A stretch of 62,580 nt of DNA, the filler included, from Bipalium vagum (Eukaryota): NCBI GenBank assembly GCA_037834085.1. It is 3 parts of 3 records of this genome, joined end to end, with 100 filler letters (N's around TTAATTAATTAA, not from the genome) between each part and the next. Parts side by side here need not be neighbours in the genome. Positions count along the whole stretch, not along the records: positions 20,744 to 46,862 come from JBBMKC010163465.1; positions 46,963 to 62,580 come from JBBMKC010155602.1; 1 more part is not named here. One strand, given 5' to 3'. Below are positions 41,540 through 52,533 of the stretch, in pieces. The position numbers and the translations under genes are program-made. Position 1 is the stretch's first letter; each line of letters starts with the position of its first letter. The notes beneath the pieces were generated by a model that saw only the letters and a list, made by a program, of their open reading frames with translations, had not been told where the DNA came from and searched no databases.

Positions 41540-42520
41540 ACAAGAATAAAATTCATTGTTTTGACAGACAACAGCCCAGTGATAGGTTACCTTTTGGATT
41601 CCACTTTTAGTCTGTAGATCTGGAGTCAAAAATTTATTTTTTATGTACTGTCCTCGGAGAAAATTTGAAATTGAGTGAAACAAATGAAAGTCAAAATCTG
41701 TAAAACCTGTCGAGTAAGGTGGAGGTGTCAATAGTAAAATTCCACCAAGACTGTTGATAGTTGTCATTGATTTTCGTAAAGTATGAGGCTTTGTGTTATC
41801 TGCTTGTAATGAAACTAACAACGCCCGATTGATTAAAAAAGGATTTTTGGTAATTTTTCATAATTTCATTCAAAATCTTTAATTGTGTGGAATAAATATC
41901 TGAGGTTAAACTATTATCACAGGGCAGGATTCCAAAGAAGAGGATTTCATAGTATTTTCAAAAAAGCTCAACATAACCTTTATTCCAAATCGCTGTACTT
42001 TAGGAAAAGAAAGAGGTGACTCATTTGGAGATGAACAATAATATTTTTGTTTAGATTTTTAAATAAGAACCATTTTTCATTCATGATAACAACATTTTGA
42101 AAAAATGGTCCTCCAATGAGCTTTTACGTGACTTACACATTTCAAGTCATTTATTTGTTTGACTTTCCGATATTTTATAAGGATCAACTCGAGGAGCTCT
42201 ATATTTATTCCCAATGGAATGAAAATGTTGTTGGATGGTGGACTTTGAAGGAAGCAACTTCAGAGTCTAATTGACAAATTGATTGAGAGGGATTGCATTC
42301 AACAGATTCTTTCAAGATATCTCATCAAAAACGGATTCATTTTGCAGCCTGATTGATGTTGGAGGCTTGTGTCACCTGATTTGAACTTTGCAGATCCATA
42401 CATGTCTGTCCTTTTATTTTTCTTGGGCTTTCAACTTCTGTAATAAAACGGATGGCTTCTGACTTGGAAATATATTTTTTCCAATAAGTTTGTAAAATTA
42501 CTAAAATTTCATATTTACTG
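41540..42520 (-). mobile_element. Decayed mariner transposase of a different subfamily
   Basis: YEILVILQTYWKK N-terminus; LQADNTKPH and PPPYSTGFTDFDFHLFHSISNFL. Confidence 0.85.
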
Positions 42521-42583
42521 TCATTTGGCGCTAAAAATAGATTATTAAAGCAAATTGATATAACAAAATTTCTCACTATTATA

Positions 42584-44966
42584 GCGGGTACCAACCAAAA
42601 TTTCATGATAATGTATGTGCAAAATAAAGTTTATAAATAAAGTAATCAGTATATATAAAGAAGTTTATAACGTTGTGATGATTGATAAATGTATTTGGCA
42701 TTTTAAGTAATGGTTTTTATAGATTCAATTCATTTATATTACATTTTTAGATAGTAATCAAAATATGACTAAAGAGCGGGATGTATTAAGAAAATGCCTG
42801 TACAAATTTTATGAGAGTAATCATATGGCTAGTAAAAAGTTTACTGTTTTACATTTGTCACTAGAAAATGTCTCAAAGCAAACAATTTATTCCATTTTAC
42901 AAAGATACGATAAGAGATTATCAGCAAATAAGGTCAGTAAGCGGAGGTAAAACCAAAATGTTTACGGTTTTAAAACTAAATCAGATCACATTCCATTTTG
43001 ATAATAAAGATGATATTAGTAAGGTTTATTTATTATAATATGTACATCTGTACAAGTTACAGCAGTCGAACACATAATTAAAAATTTTAAATGTTACAAA
43101 ATTCTCCAAGTCTTTGGTTGTGTCCAAGGTAATCGATCCGCGACGTCCAAACAGGTCTAAAGATAGACATCAGTGCAAATTTAGGGTCTGGAAAAATCAC
43201 ACGTGGCTCACTATCGAGACAGATTGAGCTCTGTCTCCATCGCAGTAGACATCAGTGAATGGGGAGTAGGAAAACATACACTAATCAACAACACAAAAAT
43301 AAAACCCTTATTAAGGGTAAACTATACAAGTCGGAAAAAGAGGGGGTATAAACAGCGGAGGTGGTACATAAACGAAAAAATAGGACCAGATCCATTTTGA
43401 TAATATACAATGTAAGTTGGAAACGGTGATAAAATAAGACAAGGTAAAGATGAAAACAAAATAAAGACAACTATAAAGGGGTCGGGGATTACTGCGGCAT
43501 AACCTGGGACCAAGAGGCAATCAAATCGTAAAAATATTAACAACAATGGGAGGGTATAGTGAATAAAGCAACAAATATATATATATATATATATACAACA
43601 CATACCAGTAGACGTGAGATGGAGATAAAGATAGGTTGTTGAGAGCTAGAGAATAAGTACAGAGCAAAGAAAAAGAAAAAAATTTGACGAATATGAAAAT
43701 AGAGATGTGATAATAGTAGATAATATAACATATATGGAAATGATAGTAAATAGTACTTGTTAAAGAGAGGAGACATCTAAGACGGTGGCGGTCCCACAGG
43801 GGCATTGGGGAAGGCCACATGACTAAAGAAAATGTGTTAAGATTCCCAGTCTGCATTAACCAAAAGTTTATGGGTAAGTGCCGCACACTGATCTTTAGTG
43901 AGACCAACATTTTTCAGCGGGACATCATTGGCCGGGTCCCAAGAGCCGAGGGAACCAACCAACATTGAGAACATCCAGCAATACTGTGGAGCGTTTGCTG
44001 ATGGCCAGATCGTCGGCAAGGGATGTATATTTGCGACGATTGTTCTCACGTTGGGTGGAGAAATTTTGGATAGTGTCTTATGTACTTTGATGTCGAGTAC
44101 AAGAATTACGCTGTGCGGCTAGGAAATTTAATGTTTCGAAGTTATATTTACAAAAAAATTGACAAATAAGACAACTTAAATATCATAAGAAAGAAAAATT
44201 ACCTAAACGAATGGAAACCCAAAAATTTCCAGCAAATTGGCAATGTGGTCGATAAAAAGCTCTTCAATAAAAAGTTTGTTCTTGATGACAAGCCTGATTT
44301 TACTTTATTCAATTCAGCTATGTCAGGAAATGATCTATATTATATCAACAACATCCAAAGTGTTCGAGTTGGTGGAAAATTTCAAAGAACGTAAAAATTT
44401 AAACAAAAGGCTATGGCCTGGATACCAATTGGTCCTGAAGTTTTTAGTACTCCATTAATTCGAAAATCAGGTACTGCTACAAACTCAGAAATATAAAAAA
44501 TATTTTATGAAGCGTCGTTTAGTTCCATATATCAGGAATAATTAATACAAAGATGAATGTGTGCTTTGAGCCTAATTTCTTAGTTTACATCATTCAAAAA
44601 GTGCTAAAATTCTTAAAGAAAATGATATAAATGCTGTTAAAAAATCTAATCCTATTTATACTCCAGAAATGCGTATTATTGAAGATTTTTGGGTGGATCT
44701 AAAAAATACATATGGACAGGACTGGGAAGCTACAACTACTAACCAATTTATTAATCATATTAAATATTGCCTTAGAAAATTGAATAATATTATTGTACAG
44801 AAGCTAGCCAGTTACAAAGGGTCGAAAAATATAGGTTAAGAAGAACTTAATGAAATTAAATGATATTTCTAAAATGTAAATACCTTAATGCAGATTTGGA
44901 AATAATATAATTAGTTAAAAATTTTTTAATATTTAAAAATATTATGAAGTTTCATTAGACACCCGT
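42584..44966 (+). mobile_element. Decayed ITmD37E (DD37E)-type transposon interrupted by a non-LTR insertion
   Basis: Degenerate TIRs TA|GCGGGTACC..TTCATGATA vs TATTATGAAGTTTCATTAGACACCCGT|TA. MTKERDVLRK..YKFY N-terminus, FVLDDK first-Asp region, NPIYTPEMRIIEDFW. The frame DDIS|LRCAARKFN is split at 43020/44106. Confidence 0.8.
43021..44105 (-). mobile_element. 5'-truncated NeSL/Utopia-clade (RLE) non-LTR retrotransposon: endonuclease C-terminus plus about 800-nt 3'UTR
   Basis: VLDIK...RENNRRKYTSLADDL...VGSLGSWDPANDVPLKNVG...HKLLV matches the restriction-like endonuclease end of NeSL/Utopia elements; ends with AATAAATAAA near 43025-43035. Confidence 0.85.
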
Positions 44967-45189
44967 TATTTAGAGAGTTAAGGGAATTTTAAAACAGTAA
45001 TAAATAATAAATTAATAATAATAATTATAATAATAAATTAATATCTCAGATCTCTTCATACAATAAATGTATTTCATTTAAATCTTATTAACAAAAAATT
45101 AATTCTTTTTATGGGACAACATAATATGATTATTTTATTAAGTATTATTATTATTTTATAAATTTAACTGTTACTTTTTTTTCTCACAG

Positions 45190-45225
45190 GTTTTAATTCT
45201 GTGCAAATATGCAAAAATGGAATTG
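45190..45225 (+). CDS. Probable further small exon of the 35952 gene (phase 1 in)
   Basis: Strong polypyrimidine tttttttctcacag| acceptor; G-FNSVQICKNGI in frame with the 37852 donor. It then either stops at 45236 or splices over a 40-nt intron to 45266-45327 (DSMTYQSISSLFLPITCRNR*). Confidence 0.45.
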
Positions 45226-46054
45226 GTTTTGTTTAAATTAAATAATTTTTATCTTATTCTAAAAGATTCAATGACATATCAATCAATATCCAGTTTATTT
45301 TTACCAATAACTTGCAGAAATCGTTAAAATAATCTATTTACATAATCTGAATTTTGGAAAATATATTCCAAAAAAATAAACATTTTTTTGAAAAATTTGT
45401 CCGTGCATAAATTGAATTGTTAAACATTATAGAAAAATTTACTCTTAGTTGGACTTGAAATGATATCAAATCACGAGGCACCTCTTGAAATATGATCTGT
45501 TGACCTTCACAAATCGATACAACTGGTCATAAATTGTAAATTTCTGGATACAATTACCAGTTTCTGGTTTACACATTAACTTAAACTAGACCTTTGACAA
45601 TGAGTGGAACTCTGTTCATTTCATACAAGTATTGCTAGAATTGTATTTCTTTCATCTGACCCAAATATTTATTAAAAAAAATATATTCTGGTAAGAAATT
45701 TTACTGTTAATGGTTCATTAACTACACACCAGTTTTACTTCAAAATTTGAGTTTAATTGTTTAAAAAATTAATTCCATTTTAACATTAATTGAAAAATTA
45801 TGCTAAAAAATTTTATGCTAAAGTAAATGTTAATTTAAAATTAAATTAAAGAATGAGATAAATCATTTTCAAAAGAAACTTGTTTCTCTTAATAAGAGGA
45901 AGCTGAATGCTTATAAAATTGAAAATAAATTCAGCAAAAATATACGGCTGACTATATAACTTTTTAATCGTTTTCTACTTTTTGTATAGAGTTATTTGAT
46001 CTTTAATTAAAAACAATTTTTAAATTTTATAACTACTTATTTTAATTTTTTCAG

Positions 46055-46284
46055 TTCTACAGTATAAACATTATCAAGAATTAATTGGTTGTTACGAATT
46101 CCTTTTATGGCTTGATGATCGATATACAACAGCTTTGTTAGGGCTTGTTAGGGGTCTTATGTTTTGGAGGGTTTGCTTGAAACTGACGAAGCAAGAGAAT
46201 TTGTCAGTTGAGGCCGTTACAAATTTAGGTGAAAGTATTTATTCTATCGGCTTAGGTCTTACTTTAGAGGACATTGTTAAAATG
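46055..46284 (+). CDS. Exon encoding a TPR-like helical segment (unidentified host gene)
   Basis: ttttttcag| acceptor (alternative ends at 46062), open frame LQYKHYQELIGCYEFLLWLDDRYTTALLGLVRGL...LEDIVKM, |GTAAGT donor in phase 0. Missed by the ORF track because it lacks an early start codon. Confidence 0.7.
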
Positions 46285-46341
46285 GTAAGTAATGGTAAAT
46301 TCTGAGAAATGATTTTCCCTTAATGATTTTTCTCCAATCAG

Positions 46342-46545
46342 ATTATCACTCCTCTTACTCTCAATGATTCTTATCTGGATTTCGATGGTTTGGGATGTTG
46401 GGTTCTGCACGCTTTATTTCTTGTACTCCAACAACATTTCAACCTTTCTGAACTATTAATGCAATGTAACGGATTTTTAGATATAATCAACAAAAAGTTA
46501 ACACCAAGAATTCAATCGGGATTAGAAAAAGATGATTACGGTTCA
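46342..46545 (+). CDS. Following exon (57-nt intron), helical ARM-like segment
   Basis: ttctccaatcag| acceptor; in-frame IITPLTLND...GCWVLHALFLVLQQHFNLSELLMQCNGFLDIINKKL...DYGS then GTATGA (donor, or V-stop at 46551). Confidence 0.7.
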
Positions 46546-46862
46546 GTATGAATTTATAATTTTATGTCATTCTATAATTTATTTTTAATAAATTATTCTA
46601 TTTTTACAATATTCATTTGATCATTTTATAATTTTATATTCCTTTTAATTTGATTCAATTAATTTTACAACAAATTTTAATATTTATTTCTTTTTCAAAC
46701 CATTTATTTTGTATATAGTCCTTTTCAAATTTATTGAACAGTTTACATTTTTGTTTTTTATTTGTAGAACTACCCAAATAAGGATAAAATAATTGTTAAC
46801 TTTTAAAGTTCAATTATTAAAGTACTTTCCTAACACATCCAATATATAAATAAAATAATAGT

Positions 46863-46962
46863 NNNNNNNNNNNNNNNNNNNNNNNNNNNNNNNNNNNNNN
46901 NNNNNNTTAATTAATTAANNNNNNNNNNNNNNNNNNNNNNNNNNNNNNNNNNNNNNNNNNNN
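46863..46962. other. Assembly gap with artificial linker (N44-TTAATTAATTAA-N44)
   Basis: Same 100-nt construct as at 20644. Confidence 0.97.
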
Positions 46963-47560
46963 TTTAATAGAAATAAAAGTTTTAAAAATTGTTTGTTTGC
47001 CTTGTTTGTGATCAGTACACTACCTTAGGAGTCAGATCAGGATAAGTCATACACAACCTCAATCTTTCAAAACTTAACAGTTTTATGAAACACTTCATTA
47101 TTAATTATGTAATCTTGTAATATTTTATTTTTTGTAGCATAATTTTCTTTTACAACTTTTTCAATTTTATTTTTTATTCCAGTTAAAACTTCTTCATCTT
47201 TTTTACATTATTCATTATTTCTTCCATTTTAAAAAAAAAATTTATAAATTTGAAAGAAATTATTCATCCACCATTTTTTCAACATCATTCATTGTTAACG
47301 AATCTTTTGTGATTTCCGGTTTATTTGATTTTTTAAAATTTTCTAAAATATTATATTCAACCCCTATCTGATAATTTTTTGGTTTTTTTAATTTGGATAA
47401 TTTTGTAAATATTGATATTTTTGAAAAATTTGTGAATTTTGTAAAAATTGTAAATTTTAATTTTTTGATATTTTACAACTTCTTAAATGAATTTTTAAAC
47501 CTGTTTCACTTATACAATTTTTGTTACAAATTTACAAGATTTTTATCTTCTTTATGAACT

Positions 47561-47797
47561 TTATTTGATTTTTTTCATTGGAACATCATAAGAATAAAAT
47601 AATTTTATTTGTAAATCTTGTCTAATTCGATTTAAAGTTGAAAAAGAAGTTCCAATTTTCTTAGCAATTTGATCTTCTGTTAAAGTTGGATTAGAAGATT
47701 TTGTTTTTGTAAAATCATCTAAAAATTTTAATTTTGAAAATCTCCGAAAAATATCAGGATTAAAATCTTTAAAGACATTTTGAATTTTTAAAAACAA
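47561..47797 (-). other. Small helix-turn-helix ORF, possibly a Polinton/Maverick-like accessory gene remnant
   Basis: KSSNPTLTEDQIAKKIGTSFSTLNRIRQDL is a clear HTH pattern; the element assignment is only a recollected resemblance. Confidence 0.4.
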
Positions 47798-49793
47798 AAT
47801 TTTTTATTTTTTAAGAAAAAAATTGAAGAAATTTAAAATAGCTTAAAAGAGAAAAGTGATCAATTTTGAACAAATTTGAATGGTGCCTAAACATTTGGTA
47901 TAAAATTTTATATGAAAACCTTTATAATATAAAATGTCTTGGTATAAAATTTTGCATATAAAATTAATGATAATTAACTTATTTTTATACTCAAAAAAAT
48001 TCAGATTTTAATTCAATTTAACATATATTTATTTATTTGAAATTTGTTTAAATAACTTTTATGTATCTGAAAATAATTTGAAAACAAAATGTCTGAAACT
48101 ATATCATTTAGTTCAATGGTCCCAATTTTTATTGGCTAACCGTTTTTGAAACATGATTGACTACCGTTAATTCCAATAACAACTCATTAGATTGGATTAA
48201 AAGTGACATTTCATCAATTAAGGAAAAATTAAATGAGAAAATCAAATTCTTAACAGCGAGGAATAAAGATCGTATGAGAAAATAAAAGAAGACATTGAGA
48301 GTATATCTTTGCTAAGTACAAAAATAGATAAGATAAATGAAAAGATTAACGGAATTATATTTGCTCAAATTTAGAAATTATCATGACATATATGTATAGT
48401 ATTTGCATACTAGGTATTTGTATCTCTATGACTATATAAAAAGACGGCTTTTCCCCAGAAATTTGAGATAAACTATGTGGAAGAATTCAACATTTTTTTA
48501 AAAAAATATTTGCCGAAGACGATTCAGTTTACAGTAATTTTATCTCAACGCTATGATTATGCAAAAGGATTTTACAGCAAGTCCCGTTGAGTTTCGGACT
48601 TTCTAGGCGACCTAAAAAGGGCCTAGTGGACAACCCGGGGACCTGTTGCGCTACGGGTGATACCGATTCATTTACGTTACTTTGTTTCTATTTTCGTTAC
48701 TTAATTTGATTGTATTTTTCTTTATTATTAACATTGTCATTGGACTTGATTTCCTTTCAAATATTGATAGATTTACGGTTTTGATTTGATTTATGAATTG
48801 ATTTTGATTTTTAATTGTTGTGATAGAGTGAATAAAGTTTTATTGTGAGTGTTTTGATTAAGCTTTTAGGGTGCGGATAAAGTATTACAGTGGGAGTTTT
48901 GATTCAGTGAGAAAGCAGTTAAGGTTTTATAATGAGTGGTTTTAATTCCTTTTGGTTTTAAAATCGAAAAAACGAACACAACACATTAAAGTAAAGAGTT
49001 GTTGATACATGAGCGAAGGTTACTTGTTAAGTTTAATAGTAACAAATTTCAGATATATTTCTTAAATACCAGAACAAACGGCAATGATTCACTGTTGCAA
49101 TCGATAATATCTACTATCAAGAAAGTATATTTCTGTTGTTTTTCTTCTCCAAAGGTAAACTACCAATGAATGATGATTAAACGTTCGATTAAGTCAGGCA
49201 TATTGAATACACTTACAAGCAAACACAGGCATAATCTTCATTCTCCGACAAAAATCCAATCAAACAATTCCTCATCAAAATACTCATTATCATTTGATGA
49301 AAAATTATTAAAACTACTGGATATCTTTCTATTCCTTTAAGTTTCCTTCAAATACTAAAGAATTTATTGAATTAAAAGATTAACAATATATTAATATTAT
49401 TAGAGAGGTCAACGAAAAATTCTTTAAAATATCTGATATTGATGAACCTTGTACAATATCAAATAAATTTTAAATATAATGGTTTATTTATAAAAATAAT
49501 AAAGTAAAAAATTTTTAGAAAAAATTAGGACTGTCTATAAAAATAGATTATTTCATGGCGAAAATAAGGTTGAAAAAAGAAATAATAGAGTTGAACATGA
49601 AAGTTGTTCATAAAACATAAAATTTTTAATATTTCGAATTCACTGATAATATTAAGTTGATCAATATTTTTAATCATTTTTTATAGATCGCTTTTGAAAG
49701 AAATAAAATCTCTTAAAATAAATTAATTACGTGTTCCAACATTTATTAAAGATATAACATCTTAGTTCAATATATTTAAATTTCTATGAAACC

Positions 49794-49917
49794 ATGAATA
49801 ATGAAGAAATGAGAATTATAATTTGGAATGAGTTCCTACTTGGAAATACTGTATCAAAAAACTAGGGATATTCGAAAATTACATAAAAATGATGTTGCTT
49901 CAAATATATGGTTCAAT
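49794..49917 (+). mobile_element. Mariner N-terminal fragment
   Basis: MNNEEMRIIIWNEFLLGNT resembles M.K..IR.I.LYEFKLG. Confidence 0.5.
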
Positions 49918-52533
49918 GCCAGCCACACAAATTATAACGCAAAAAATTTCTGAAAAAAGAAAAACACACACAAAGAACAAAGAAATCATAAAAATAATAA
50001 ACTTAACGAGGCGCAATAAATCGCAAAGGTCAAACATAAAACGAAAACGAAGATTTCCAGAAAGCAATAAAACGATATTAAATTTTAAGGACAACATCTT
50101 TTTTATAAGAAGAGAACTTTCATCAAAATCCATAATCAGTTCAGTATCCGGCAATCAACATTATATTCGACAGTAATTACAGCCGCAAATATCATTTAAT
50201 AGACCATCACGAAGAATTCCCGATTACGAGACCCACTATATAAACAATCAAAATCAACAGCAAAAGGAAGAGAGCGAAAAAAGAAAAAAAGACAGAGTCA
50301 ACATCTACGAACAGTTTGGATATTCCCGTCGTGAACAGATCAATTCACAGGAGCAAATTCTTAGACTACGACAAAAAACCCTTCAATTATTCAAGTCTTA
50401 GGAGAACCGAAGTGAAATCAGAAGACGAGCATTTTATGCTTATTTGAAGAAGTAAATCTTTAATATTATTTTTTTTACTTGTAATAACTAACAACAAAGT
50501 CCTAAATAAATTTTGCTCTCATTTGGAATTAGTCTTTAAAAAAGTATTAAATATTTTTGAAAAGTATTGATAAAGTTTTATTATAATCATAATGTATCTT
50601 TGTGTTAATTTAAACGTTGCTATATTCATAATTTAATATATCACTAGCTTATAACCTAAGGATTATAAGACCGATCTTAAGTAATTCTTTTAATTTGCCA
50701 TTTTATTATTAAGCAAGCGTGTCTTGTCAGACAAGACATAGTTTGAGTTAAATAAATAAGTAAATACTCAGACCAGGATCTGAGTATCATCTAACCCTTT
50801 TGCTCCTTTTCTTATACAATTTTATTTTTTTTTGTTCGTATTTCACACCCTAAGTATGGCGGTGAGATATAATTTTATTCTTTACTGAGGACCTCTGAGC
50901 CTAAGCACGAGAGGATTTTTATTAAATAATAATTATAATTAATAAACTTTTCAACGATCAATCAAATTCGATATTACTCATTTTTATTAATCTGTTTACT
51001 TTATTACGTTTGAATAAAAGTATTAACTCTAATATTGTTCTCTCAATTGACTTAATTAATACCGAACACAACCTAAAGCAACCTTCAACCGTTAAGTCCT
51101 AAGAGTTAACTAAGCTCCGACTTTAACAACATTTATCTACCAAACTTAGGATCTAAACAATATAACTGGTAGTCAAAAATATTAAGATAGTGAACTCATG
51201 ATCTGACAAAAAATATAAAGTTTTTTGAATAATTTTCAGTTTACTTGAATAGAAATAATTAATTTATTTCTTGACAGAATAGTGATGTGTGATGAAAAAG
51301 TTATCTCTTAGGCCAATCACAAAATATAATACTGATAGCTTAACAAAAGTGAATTCCCCAATGTGTCGTATAGGGCTCTTCCCTTTCAAAGATATTGTTG
51401 ATATCAGTTTGGTAAAATATTTATATTATTATAAATTTAGATTACTTATATTGTACTTGTCAATACTTGTCAACTAGTGAAACTGTCACTTCGGATACCT
51501 ATTGCGATTATATTGACAAAATGCATCCAAAGCTAAATGTGTAACCAACAAAACTTATTCTGTTGCAAATTAATATCATACAGTAAAATAATAAATATCA
51601 TTTATAATAAAAACTAATCGAAAACTTCTGAAACTGGTCAATGAAGTTACTGCGATGAACAATATTCATCAAGCTTAGTCCAAATAAATTTCTGACGTTA
51701 CTTTTCTTTTTTTACTCTTGAGAAAAGTAAGAAAATTACTATCGAATATTTCTTTAAATAGAAACTCAAGATTTATTAAAATCCTGAATTTATACACTGC
51801 AAAAGATTTGATCAAATTTTGTACAGAAAAGTGAAAAATCACATTACTCAACAGTAATGACATCGAAAAACCAAAAAGCTTTTGAACGAAAATAAGAAAA
51901 ACACTTTCAAAATGAGTGAGAACTTCTACTCACTTAAGAACCTCGAGTTTGTAAGATTCACATATAACCATGACCTTGGAAGTAATCATCAGGTATCTCT
52001 GTTTAATTTTATGAATTTTTCTATTTAAATAAAGATGATTCATCTAATACTAAACACGATAATCCATACTGTGATTTCTCTAGAGGCCATCTATTATTTA
52101 TATTTTATTATTATTATTTCATAAAATCCTGCCACTTATCTAAAAGGAAAACATTTTCCTAAGATAATAAGAAAAACCAAGTTCAACTAAGCATTGAATC
52201 ATTCCGAAATAAAAAATTAAGAATAAAAATTTCGACTTAGGATGTTAAGTGGAAAATAAATTAACTGATAATATTTTTTAATAATTCCAAATGTATGGTT
52301 GGGTTATCAAATTTTTAATAATATTGAATATTTAAAACAATTTTTTTTAAAAAAATTTCATTGGTTCAATGTGAAACAAATATATATTCATGAATCGATG
52401 GATTATATTATTAAACATATTACATAATACAACTCGTTTACAGAACTCCTTTCAATAATTGAAATTATTTCGTAATTAATTTATATTACAATTATTTAAT
52501 ATAAATATTTTATTTAACCAGAACAGTTTTTTT

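Noticed and set aside
45449-45690. Protein-like frames with internal TGA/TAA suggesting a non-standard genetic code
   Set aside because: The GPCR exon, other exons and the 573-aa ORF read cleanly in the standard code with TGG for Trp; decay or chance is simpler.
50884-50920. CTGAGGA followed by a stem, hammerhead-like
   Set aside because: The required GAAA after stem II is absent; other CTGANGA sites I checked also lacked a full core.
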